Shown piece after piece: positions 29,503-38,307 of a stretch of DNA of 64,000 nt. A model generated the notes under the pieces. That model did no database searches, was not told the origin of the DNA, and saw only the letters and a list, made by a program, of their open reading frames with translations. The stretch is from Candidatus Micrarchaeota archaeon (GTDB taxonomy: Archaea > Micrarchaeota > Micrarchaeia > Micrarchaeales > CABMGC01): contig JAJZKP010000001.1 of the NCBI GenBank assembly GCA_021804105.1, positions 43,168 to 107,167 of the forward strand, given 5' to 3'. Position 1 is the first letter of the stretch; each line of letters starts with the position of its first letter. Position numbers and translations under genes: made by a program.

Positions 29503-31374
29503 ATGACTGATGGAAAACAATACTACAAAGATATAGGATTCATGTGCGGCCTGGAGATACACCAGAGGCTCGCCACTTCAGAGAAGCTCTTCTGCTCTTG
29601 CACGGCAAGGCTCCCTGCTCCAGAGGAGAAAAACAGTGCAGTGATAACGAGGCGCCAGAAGGCGGTTGCCGGAGAACTCGGCCTGGTTGACAGGGCAGCC
29701 AAGTTCGAGGAGGAGAAGGCGCGAGAGTTCGTTTATGAGATAAACGAGAATCACGCATGCCTGGTTGACCTCGACGAGGAGCCTCCGCACGAGATGAACG
29801 GCGAGGCGCTTGCCATAGCCCTCTCCATGGCCTCGAGCATGTCAATGCATGTGCCTGAAGAGATCCAGCCGATGCGCAAGCAGGTCGTTGACGGGAGCAA
29901 TCCAAGCGGATTCCAGAGGACCACGAAGATAGGCATGGACGGGCACATAGATCTTGGCAGCCACAAAGTCAACATAACCTCTATGTTCATTGAGGAAGAG
30001 TCTGCTGGAATAGAGACCAGCGCACCAGGGAAGATAATATATGACACAAGCAGGATAGGAATTCCGCTGATTGAGATAGACACTGATCCCTACATAAGGT
30101 CTCCTGAGGAAGCCAAGGAAGTGGCGCTCAAGCTTGGCATGATGCTCAGGCTTACCGGAAAGGTGCAAAGAGGCATAGGCTCCATCAGGCAGGATGTCAA
30201 CGTCTCCATAAAAGGCGGGGCCAGGGTGGAGATTAAGGGCCTGCAAGACCTCGATGCCCTTGACAAATTCATAGAGAACGAGGTGCTGAGGCAAGAGAGG
30301 CTCATAGCCATAAAAGAGGAGCTCAGCTCAAAGAAGAGCGTTAGCCTAGGCGCGCCAAAAGAGGTCACTGCAATACTGAGAGGAACAAAGGCAAAGATAA
30401 TTGCCAACGCCATCGGCTCCGGAGGAATAGTTATGGGCTTCGCGCTGCACGGCTTCGCCGGAGTGCTTGGGAAGGAGGTGAATCCAGGCAGGCGCCTCGG
30501 GAGCGAGATAAGCGACTACGCCAAGATGGGCGGAGTAAACGGCATAATGCATAGCGACGAGAATCTTGAAGGATACGGCCTATCCAGGGAAGAGATCGAA
30601 CTTGTGCGCAAGGAGCTTGGCGCGGGAAAGGAAGGCGCATTCATACTCATCTCCGGGAAGAAGGATTCTGCGTCAACTGCAATAGGATTTGCATCGGACC
30701 GGGCTAAAGCCGCAATTGAGACCGGTGTGCTGCTTGAGACGCGCGGTGCGATCAACAACGATGCGCATACAACGCGCTTCCTCAGGCCCCTTCCAGGAGG
30801 CTCAAGGATGTATCCCGAGACCGACGCACGCCCGATAAGCATAACCGATGACATGCTAGCCAGGGCCAAGCTAGATGCGCCTGACATAGACAAGGCAAAG
30901 AAACAACTTGAAAAAGATCTTGGCAACGGCACTATGGTAGAGCAGCTCCTGCTCTCCCCGCGCCTGCAGGCATACAACGATATTGTTGCCAATACCAATG
31001 CGGACAGGGCATTCGTGGCTAACACGCTACTGCAAAAATTCACAGAGCTCCGAAGGTCTGGTTTCAATGTGGATTCGGTAAGCACCGGGAGGATGATAGA
31101 AATATTCAACGCTTACGTAGCGGGTGCAATAACCAAGAACGGCGTAGAGGATCTCCTCAAGGCCATTTCCGCAAAGGACCAGCCTGTGCCTTCTGCCATA
31201 AGGGAGCGCAGGATAGAGCGCATTACAGGCTCTGCGCTTAAAAAACTCGTAGAGCAGGCAAAGGAGTCTGGAAAAACCGATAAGGAAGCAATAGTAACGG
31301 AGATAATGTCAAAGCACAGGCTCAATGTAGACGGCGAGGAACTAAACAAGATGCTAAAACAGGCGAAAACATGA
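29503..31374 (+). CDS. gatE: Glu-tRNA(Gln) amidotransferase subunit E
   Basis: About 623 aa from ATG 29503, with a GAGG just upstream. GatB/E family blocks are GLEIHQRL, DLDEEPPHE, RQDVNVS and MYPETD. Confidence 0.9.
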   Translation: MTDGKQYYKDIGFMCGLEIHQRLATSEKLFCSCTARLPAPEEKNSAVITRRQKAVAGELGLVDRAAKFEEEKAREFVYEINENHACLVDLDEEPPHEMNGEALAIALSMASSMSMHVPEEIQPMRKQVVDGSNPSGFQRTTKIGMDGHIDLGSHKVNITSMFIEEESAGIETSAPGKIIYDTSRIGIPLIEIDTDPYIRSPEEAKEVALKLGMMLRLTGKVQRGIGSIRQDVNVSIKGGARVEIKGLQDLDALDKFIENEVLRQERLIAIKEELSSKKSVSLGAPKEVTAILRGTKAKIIANAIGSGGIVMGFALHGFAGVLGKEVNPGRRLGSEISDYAKMGGVNGIMHSDENLEGYGLSREEIELVRKELGAGKEGAFILISGKKDSASTAIGFASDRAKAAIETGVLLETRGAINNDAHTTRFLRPLPGGSRMYPETDARPISITDDMLARAKLDAPDIDKAKKQLEKDLGNGTMVEQLLLSPRLQAYNDIVANTNADRAFVANTLLQKFTELRRSGFNVDSVSTGRMIEIFNAYVAGAITKNGVEDLLKAISAKDQPVPSAIRERRIERITGSALKKLVEQAKESGKTDKEAIVTEIMSKHRLNVDGEELNKMLKQAKT

Positions 31375-32060
31375 AATATACAATTGTAGGGGATGATATG
31401 CAGTCCCTAAGAATAGACTTCGAGACGAACGAGGCGGCATATGCAGACTCAGGGACGTTGATAAGCAAGGACGACACCGTAATAATGAACCCGCGTGCAG
31501 TTGGGGGCATACTAGGCATGCTGGAAAGGAAGGCCACAGGCGCCACCGCGCTGCTCACCGAGTTCAGGGCAAAAGGCGGACCGGGCCATATGCAGGTTGC
31601 CGGATTATTTCCGGGCAAGATAATCGCTATAGATCTTGCTGCAGGAGAGACATTTGCAGCGGAAAGGCTCGCATTCCTGGCAGCAGAGGAGTCAGTCAAA
31701 TTCGATATACACATAACCAACCTGTCAGGAGGCATGTTTGGAGGCACCGGTTTCATACTGCAGAATTTCACCGGCCCGGGCAAGGTATTCATACACGTAA
31801 CCGGAGACATGATCGTGCACAACCTTGACGGGACCAAGGCCGTGGAAGTGGATCCGGCACACATCGCAGGTTTCGACGGCTCCCTGCAATACAAGATACG
31901 CTTTGTGGACAACATAAAGACCGCAATGTTCGGCGGCGTAGGCCTCTTCCTCGCCACATTCACCGGCAAGGGCAGGCTGATAACGCAGACGATATCGAGG
32001 TACAAGCTTGCCTCAGAGATATACACCGAGGGCAAGGAGCAGCAGTCGAAGAACAAGTAG
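31371..32060 (+). CDS. AIM24/TIGR00266 (DUF124) family protein
   Basis: 229 aa with the family pattern (GGMFGGTGFILQNFTGPGKVFIH...FGGVGLFLATFTGKGRL). Its ATG overlaps the gatE stop as ATGA. Confidence 0.7.
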   Translation: MKYTIVGDDMQSLRIDFETNEAAYADSGTLISKDDTVIMNPRAVGGILGMLERKATGATALLTEFRAKGGPGHMQVAGLFPGKIIAIDLAAGETFAAERLAFLAAEESVKFDIHITNLSGGMFGGTGFILQNFTGPGKVFIHVTGDMIVHNLDGTKAVEVDPAHIAGFDGSLQYKIRFVDNIKTAMFGGVGLFLATFTGKGRLITQTISRYKLASEIYTEGKEQQSKNK

Positions 32061-32072
32061 CAGGGTATTAGC

Positions 32073-32591
32073 ATGAAGGGAAGCGTTTACCGTATACAAA
32101 CTTACAAACTTGTAAAGGAAAAGTTCACAATGCGCGGCAGGAGGATAGAATACAACTACATACGTGACGGAGACGTTGCTGTGGTGCTGCCCATCCTTGA
32201 TGACGGAAGGATACTCCTCGAGCACAATTACCGCCGCACCCTGAAGAGGTGGCTCTACGAACTCCCCGGAGGCCACAGGGAGCCAGGCGAGACCATCAAG
32301 GATGCAGCAGCCAGGGAGCTTGAGGAAGAGACAGGATACAAACCTTCCAAGCTTGAGATGCTCTTCGACTCGTTCGAGGCTCCCGGAGCCGGCAGGCAGC
32401 GAATCTGCCTCTATGTGGCTACCGGGCTCACCAAAGGTGCAACTCGCAAAGACCCAGACGAACAGATAGGCCTCAAGGCCATGAAGCTTGGCGAGGCCGT
32501 GAGATTCGCCAAGGCAGCTAAGAATACCGACGTGAAGACCATAGCAGGGATACTGCTTTACGCATCAACGCACAGCAAAATCTCGAGATGA
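32073..32591 (+). CDS. NUDIX hydrolase (ADP-ribose pyrophosphatase-like), copy 1
   Basis: Nudix box GGHREPGETIKDAAARELEEETGY. Confidence 0.85.
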   Translation: MKGSVYRIQTYKLVKEKFTMRGRRIEYNYIRDGDVAVVLPILDDGRILLEHNYRRTLKRWLYELPGGHREPGETIKDAAARELEEETGYKPSKLEMLFDSFEAPGAGRQRICLYVATGLTKGATRKDPDEQIGLKAMKLGEAVRFAKAAKNTDVKTIAGILLYASTHSKISR

Positions 32592-32679
32592 TATTATTAC
32601 GAGCGGGAAGAACAGGATAATCTATTCAGGGAAGGTCTTCAAGGTAGGGGTAAGGAGCATCAGATTCCCCGGAGGCAGT

Positions 32680-33126
32680 GTGTTGGAATACGGGACTGTG
32701 CTTACCGGCCAAGTCGCAGCAATAGTGCCTGTGCTTGATGACGGAAGGATACTTCTCGAATACAACTACAGGAACACAGTGAACAAGTGGGTATACGAGC
32801 TGCCGGCAGGGCATGTAGACAAAGGGGAATCCCCAAAGGCATGTGCAGCCAGGGAGCTTGAGGAAGAGACAGGATTCAAGGCATCGAGATTGACATTGCT
32901 CTTCAAAGGATTCGCATCCCCAGGTATCACCGATGAGGAGATGAATATTTTCCTAGGTACAGGGCTCACCAAAGGAACGGCGAACAGGGAACCTTCGGAG
33001 AGAATAAGGCTCCGTCCCATGCCCTTCTCAAAAGCGCTGGATCTTGTTAAGGAAAACAAGGGCGCGGATATCAAGACAGCGCTGGGCATACTAATATACA
33101 AGAATTACCTGGAAGAGAGCAAATGA
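32680..33126 (+). CDS. NUDIX hydrolase (ADP-ribose pyrophosphatase-like), copy 2; the true start is probably upstream
   Basis: Nudix box AGHVDKGESPKACAARELEEETGF. GTG 32680 is the first canonical start, but NudF-like sequence continues in frame upstream (see findings). Confidence 0.8.
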   Translation: MLEYGTVLTGQVAAIVPVLDDGRILLEYNYRNTVNKWVYELPAGHVDKGESPKACAARELEEETGFKASRLTLLFKGFASPGITDEEMNIFLGTGLTKGTANREPSERIRLRPMPFSKALDLVKENKGADIKTALGILIYKNYLEESK

Positions 33127-33128
33127 GA

Positions 33129-33977
33129 TTAATGCGATCTTCTATACGTTGACAGCTCCAAATAGCCCTCTATCCTGCGCCTCATCGCGTTGCCGGAATC
33201 ATTCCGTATCATATAAAGCAGCTCATTGTGTATCCTCTCCGCTCTCATAGTCATCACCGGCACTGCAAGTTCGTTAAGCTGCATGCCCTTCCCCAAGCAA
33301 TACATAATAATAAGCCTGAATCCCAGCTCATGGATTTCTGCCCTTGGGTCACTAGATGCCATCTCTGCGCCATTTCTTCTTCTCCATGCAGGCCCAGATC
33401 CTGCTCTCGCATTAGTAAGTTTGTAAAAAAGGTCGTCATAGTGCTCAAGAGTATAGCCTGCATGCTCCCTCCAGCCGCTGAAGAAGCTCAATGTGTGCAC
33501 TATTGCCTCTTCGTTTGCCCTCCCGAACATCACGCATGCGCTGAAGAAATCAGCCTTTCCCTCGCACAATGGCACATTGGCATGGGAAAGCCCCCCGGAA
33601 AACTGGGAGTCTATGTGGTGGCCCAGTTCATGCAGGGTAATAGGCCTGGTCAAGCCCTCCTTTGCAGCCATATTTACTGCCATGGTCTGCATGTGCGGCC
33701 AATACATGCCAATCTTGCTAGAGTCTGGATCATTATATACTGCAAGGCCAGGACTCTGGCACGACATGCCGAATCCTGACCAATATGCAAGTCCCTCTTC
33801 GATAGACTGCGCCATCAGCGTCATCCTCCTTCTTATCGAATCACCGCCATCTGTCATGAGGCCCGCATGGTCGTCTGCCCTGACTATCGGCATGGCTTCG
33901 GGCAGCAGCTCAACCCTCCTGAGAATCTTCAATTCACCCATATGCCTTTGCAAAGGCAACATGCGTGCAAGCGTCAT
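33129..33977 (-). CDS. hypothetical protein with an HExxH motif (possible zinc metallopeptidase)
   Basis: 282 aa. The only recognisable motif is TLHELGHHI. There is no signal peptide. Confidence 0.45.
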   Translation of the reverse strand: MTLARMLPLQRHMGELKILRRVELLPEAMPIVRADDHAGLMTDGGDSIRRRMTLMAQSIEEGLAYWSGFGMSCQSPGLAVYNDPDSSKIGMYWPHMQTMAVNMAAKEGLTRPITLHELGHHIDSQFSGGLSHANVPLCEGKADFFSACVMFGRANEEAIVHTLSFFSGWREHAGYTLEHYDDLFYKLTNARAGSGPAWRRRNGAEMASSDPRAEIHELGFRLIIMYCLGKGMQLNELAVPVMTMRAERIHNELLYMIRNDSGNAMRRRIEGYLELSTYRRSH

Positions 33978-34166
33978 TGTATCTGGTAATATGGCATTTC
34001 GGGACTTTATAAATAATGGCTCAGATTTAACGCTAAGACTAAAACCTTAACATTAGACACACTTCTAATATTTACGCCCCTATAATTACGCGCGGATCCA
34101 TTAGCGGTGCTCTAAGGAGACTTTCATGCCTATATCTAAACTTCTTTCCTTGTTGCTTCTATCAAA

Positions 34167-34628
34167 TCAACCTTTGTTTATCCTGCCTGCCAACTTCTTC
34201 AGCTCCAGGAATTCTTTCCTCGGTCCAAGCTGCGTGGATATGTAGCCCTCATATGTCTTGAAGTATACGAGACCTTCGCTCCGTGTTTCTTGGAATTGCT
34301 CTTTCAGCCCGTGTAATGGATAGAGCTTAACATGCGCATGGTCTATGCCAAGCCCCTCTACCACAATTGCAACTCGCTTTACCCCAAGGCCTTTCTCTAG
34401 GAGTTTGACTACCTTTTTTACTGCAAGCATATACTTTGCATAATCAGCATCATCCATATCAAAGATGTAGGACTTGTAGTGCTTCTTTGTAAGAAGCAAT
34501 GCCGCACCCTCTGTGTTGGGATTGATATCGAGTATTGCCAGATAATCTTTGTCCTCCCATATTTTCGCTGAGTCTGCTTTTCCACTCACTATTTTACAAA
34601 AAACATCTTTTTCCTCATGCTCGATCAT
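34167..34628 (-). CDS. HIT (histidine triad) family protein
   Basis: N-terminus CKIVSGKADSAKIWEDKDYLAILDINP, plus a histidine-triad-like GIDHAHVKLYP. Confidence 0.8.
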   Translation of the reverse strand: MIEHEEKDVFCKIVSGKADSAKIWEDKDYLAILDINPNTEGAALLLTKKHYKSYIFDMDDADYAKYMLAVKKVVKLLEKGLGVKRVAIVVEGLGIDHAHVKLYPLHGLKEQFQETRSEGLVYFKTYEGYISTQLGPRKEFLELKKLAGRINKG

Positions 34629-34705
34629 TATAATACACTTTTTATTTGATGTGCAAATTATAAAATGAATAGCAGAAAGCTCCTAACCTTAAGTTAAGGA
34701 ATGAA

Positions 34706-34778
34706 TGCGAGTGCCGGGATTTGAACCCGGGTTCTTGCCTTGGCAAGGCAAAGTCCTACCAGGCTAGACTACACTCGC
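34706..34778 (-). tRNA. tRNA-Gly (anticodon GCC)
   Basis: The reverse complement folds as a cloverleaf. The acceptor is GCGAGUG/CACUCGC, the anticodon arm is UUGCC-UUGCCAA-GGCAA and the T arm is CCGGG-UUCAAAU-CCCGG. Confidence 0.9.
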
Positions 34779-34952
34779 AAGTTTGAAGAGATATTGTGCA
34801 AATAAGTATAATATACCTAATCCTTGCATAGCAGTATCCCTGCATATCATTATCTTAAAGCCAGTATCTTAAAGCAGACAGAGCAACTTCCCAAATGGAT
34901 AGCATCATCTGCATTTCATTTATAAGGAAGTTAACCCATATTATATTGCGAA

Positions 34953-36260
34953 GTGATTTACACGAAAACGCCGCTGGAAGAAGCAAGCGAGGTTCTTGAA
35001 GTAGGGGAAACCTTGCTCATGACCATAAGGCAGAGCCACCTCTCCTCCATCTCCCCGGCGCGTCTTTTCATAACAGACAAGCGCATGATCGTGGTACATC
35101 ACTCATTCTGGGGCCTATATGCAGGCGTCAACCTATTCAATACTACAAAATTCAGCATACTTGAATACCGCAACATGCGCGGGGCAGTGCTGGAGCACGG
35201 CAAGTTACTATCATCACTCAGGATTAGGGTACCCGGGGAGATGCGCGAAGACATTAACGCCCCAAACGAATGGGGCATTGACGGACTCTGGAGAGACGAG
35301 GCAATGCTGGTTCTCAATTACATAAACGACATAGTGGCGCAGCGGGCTGGCGAGTCGATAGACTTAGTAACACTGGATGAAGCAAATGAGATAATAAACA
35401 AGTCAGGCAGCAAGTTTGTCTGGCTCGGCGTGCAGAATCCGGACAGAGTGCCTGTCATCCTCGGTGTGGACGATACTCTTGTCGCGCGCATACTCCCGTC
35501 TGATGTAAGTGAGCTGAGCAAGGTCCAGTTGCAGGAGCTTAAGGACTGCATTCTCGTGGACTACAACGGGTCTATTGCAGCAAGCACAGCACGATTCCTC
35601 CAGAAGGAGATGGGCATACATACCTATGTGCTCAAGGGAGGAATCTCTCAGGCGGCAAGGCCGAAACAGTCCGGCAAATCCAAATCCCCGCATCCACTTA
35701 TGGTAGGACTGCCAAGCCCGGACCCATGGGTCGTAAGGAACACGCCCATCCTGGCACGTTTTGCTGAGATAATCTTCGGATTCATATGGTTCATAAACGG
35801 CTTACTCGCGCTTAATCCTGCGTTCATATCGTCTGCATGCACGCTTGTTGCTGCCGGAGGCGCTAACCAGCCTGCATTCCTGCAAGGATGGTTCAATTTC
35901 TGGACATCGATAGCATATGCTAATCCAGCATTATTCGGGTATATCATAGCAGGCCTCGAGCTCTTTCTAGGCGCATTCCTGATACTGGGCCTTCTGCGCA
36001 AGGTAGTGTATGGAATAGGTACCGCGTACGGCCTTCTGCTCTGGTCCATTCCTGAAGGATTCGGGGGCATATACAGCCTTCCCGTCACCGGCTTCATCCC
36101 GGTAAGCATAGGCACCGGAATAGTCTATGCCTTCGTTTTCTTCTTCCTTGCCCTGCTTAGCGCAACATACGGAAGGAATATGTACACGCTTGACGCAGTG
36201 ATAGAGCAGGATATCGGCTGGTGGGAGGCCCTGGCTGAGATCAAACGCAACACTATATAG
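34953..36260 (+). CDS. multidomain membrane protein: N-terminal bacterial-PH-like domain, rhodanese-like middle region, C-terminal DoxX-like 4-TM domain
   Basis: The PH-like block is RLFITDKRMIVVHH. The rhodanese-like block is ILVDYNGSIAASTARFLQKEMGIHTYVLKGGI, with no obvious catalytic Cys. The C-terminus is hydrophobic (FIWFINGLLAL...). Domain calls are pattern-based. Confidence 0.5.
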   Translation: MIYTKTPLEEASEVLEVGETLLMTIRQSHLSSISPARLFITDKRMIVVHHSFWGLYAGVNLFNTTKFSILEYRNMRGAVLEHGKLLSSLRIRVPGEMREDINAPNEWGIDGLWRDEAMLVLNYINDIVAQRAGESIDLVTLDEANEIINKSGSKFVWLGVQNPDRVPVILGVDDTLVARILPSDVSELSKVQLQELKDCILVDYNGSIAASTARFLQKEMGIHTYVLKGGISQAARPKQSGKSKSPHPLMVGLPSPDPWVVRNTPILARFAEIIFGFIWFINGLLALNPAFISSACTLVAAGGANQPAFLQGWFNFWTSIAYANPALFGYIIAGLELFLGAFLILGLLRKVVYGIGTAYGLLLWSIPEGFGGIYSLPVTGFIPVSIGTGIVYAFVFFFLALLSATYGRNMYTLDAVIEQDIGWWEALAEIKRNTI

Positions 36261-36278
36261 CTTTATTTCGGGTTTTGA

Positions 36279-37583
36279 ATGGCATTCAAGAAGGTACTGG
36301 GATTTTGGGACCTCTTCTGGCTTGGCATAGGCGGCATGGTAGGCGTGGCCATCCTTACATTTCCTTCTGTCACATACCAGCAATCAGGTCCATCAAGCAT
36401 AATTGCCTGGATAGCGGCTGGCATCTTCTCGCTCTTAATGGCGCTCATCTATGCCGAGATGGTTACCGCGTTTCCGAGCTCCGGTGCACTGGTGACATTC
36501 CCATACGAGGCCTTCGGAAGAGGAAAGCTTGCCAGGTACCTTGCATTCCTGGAAGGTATAGGCTATTACCTTGGCACACTTTTCGGCATAGTGATATCCG
36601 CGATAATAATAGGCAACTACATGGGCCCGGGCTTTGCTACAGGCACAGTAGGATCGTTCGCCATAGCTGAGATATCGCTTATTGCTGTAGGCGCCATTAA
36701 CCTCCTTGGCGCCAGGATCACGAGCAGGGCTAACCTGGTAATGTCCATATTCTTCATGTCCCTCTTTGCTGTCGTGATAATCCTCGCCCTCATACACGGA
36801 AGCTTTACAGGTCTTTCCCCGTTTATATCGGGGAGCGGAATCCCCGGGATAGTATATGCAATACCCATAGCAATACTCGCATACGGATCATGGACCGCGC
36901 TTATAACAATACCTGAGGAAGCTACAGAAGTAAAGAAAATACCCAAGGCGATAATCTATTCAATAATAGTCGTTACCGTGCTCTATGCGCTAATGGTACT
37001 GGCCACATACATGAACCTTGACGCGAACCAGCTCGTGAACACCTACTATTATTACCCTGTTCTGGGCCTAGTGACCCTTCTCGGCAATCCGTCGCTCGCA
37101 TTCCTATTCGACATAGCCGCTGTGCTCTCAATGGTTGCTGTAATGCTTGTGATGGTGCTCTCGAATGCAAGGATAGCGTATGCGCTCTCAAAGCTCCGCT
37201 TCGCTCCCAGCAGCATGGGCATCCTGTCCAGGAACTCAATCCCTGTATACGCAACAATAGCCTCATTCACAATACCCATGGTGCTTTCGGCCTTCCCAAG
37301 CTATTACTATCAATATGTCATCATAGGCGCGATAATAGGCACGGGCCTTCCCCGCGTCATCGACCTTGCTTCATACCTCAAGCTTCGCAAGGCCCGTGCG
37401 TACAAGCCCGCCTTCCGGGTAAGGTATGGAATAGTTGTTGCACTCGCAGCCGCAATAGGTCTCATAGTATCTGAGCTCTCCCTTGCCCTTAGCGATGTGC
37501 TATGGTCTGTGGCAGCATTCATACTCCTGAGCCTTCTCTTCCTGGCAATAGAGAGACGCCGCCACGCCACTAGGCTACAGTGA
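36279..37583 (+). CDS. amino acid permease (APC superfamily)
   Basis: 434 aa with about 12 TM segments. The N-terminal block is LGFWDLFWLGIGGMVGVAILTFP. Confidence 0.8.
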   Translation: MAFKKVLGFWDLFWLGIGGMVGVAILTFPSVTYQQSGPSSIIAWIAAGIFSLLMALIYAEMVTAFPSSGALVTFPYEAFGRGKLARYLAFLEGIGYYLGTLFGIVISAIIIGNYMGPGFATGTVGSFAIAEISLIAVGAINLLGARITSRANLVMSIFFMSLFAVVIILALIHGSFTGLSPFISGSGIPGIVYAIPIAILAYGSWTALITIPEEATEVKKIPKAIIYSIIVVTVLYALMVLATYMNLDANQLVNTYYYYPVLGLVTLLGNPSLAFLFDIAAVLSMVAVMLVMVLSNARIAYALSKLRFAPSSMGILSRNSIPVYATIASFTIPMVLSAFPSYYYQYVIIGAIIGTGLPRVIDLASYLKLRKARAYKPAFRVRYGIVVALAAAIGLIVSELSLALSDVLWSVAAFILLSLLFLAIERRRHATRLQ

Positions 37584-37953
37584 TAGTCACTTTCCCGCCT
37601 CTCCTTAACCTTAGCGTTTTCCTGAGCATCTTCGAGGAGACTAACTCCACTATATTTGAATGCGTAGTTCTCTCAGGGACAACAATGGCGCACCTGATTC
37701 CCATGACCTCGGCCTTGTAAGCCATCACGCTTCCAAAGTTCTTCCCTCCCTTCACAAATCCTTTAATGGTTATTCCCCTTCTGCGCTTCAGCCTATTGAA
37801 TTTCCGGATGTCCTCCCCTGACAGCCTGACGTTGAACGTGCCGTGATATGGGTCAATCCCAAGTTTCCTGACGAATTGGGACTTATAGCCATGCTGGCTC
37901 ATGAAGTACCTGCCTTTGCCAAGGCCCTTCGCATACCTCCCGCTTATTATCAT
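37570..37953 (-). CDS. ribK: CTP-dependent riboflavin kinase (archaeal RibK type)
   Basis: Blocks GLGKGRYFMSQHGYKSQFVRKLGIDPYHGTFNV and VVPERTTHSNIVELVS match the MJ0056-type family. The ORF is open up to 38007, but the internal ATG at 37953 fits the domain start. Confidence 0.7.
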   Translation of the reverse strand: MIISGRYAKGLGKGRYFMSQHGYKSQFVRKLGIDPYHGTFNVRLSGEDIRKFNRLKRRRGITIKGFVKGGKNFGSVMAYKAEVMGIRCAIVVPERTTHSNIVELVSSKMLRKTLRLRRGGKVTITVA

Positions 37954-38015
37954 TTTCAAGCCGCTTGCCACCCCCAGGGAAAACAGAAATATAGCTTGCG
38001 CTGCCATATTAAACC

Positions 38016-38183
38016 ATGGTTTCCTACAAATGCTCTGTCTGCGGAAACAAGCTCGATGGAGGCCCCGCTCTATATTGCGAAGGCTGCGCGCAGTACATGT
38101 GCTATACGTGCGGAGTGCCTAGTGGCGACATGATCTGGAACTGCCCGAACTGCGCGATAGAGTGCCAGCGAGTCAATCTTTAA
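38016..38183 (+). CDS. 55-aa cysteine-rich zinc-ribbon protein (four CxxC pairs), absent from the supplied ORF track
   Basis: Hand translation gives MVSYKCSVCGNKLDGGPALYCEGCAQYMCYTCGVPSGDMIWNCPNCAIECQRVNL, with stop TAA at 38181-38183. Confidence 0.5.
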   Translation: MVSYKCSVCGNKLDGGPALYCEGCAQYMCYTCGVPSGDMIWNCPNCAIECQRVNL

Positions 38184-38307
38184 ACATACTCCTGTGTGCC
38201 AGGCATCCCGCGGTTCTTGTGCATACATCTATATAAAAATCCTACAGTAACCCTCCCTCACCCTGCGTTGGTTTTATATAGCTTCTATTTGATATTATTA
38301 TGATAAC

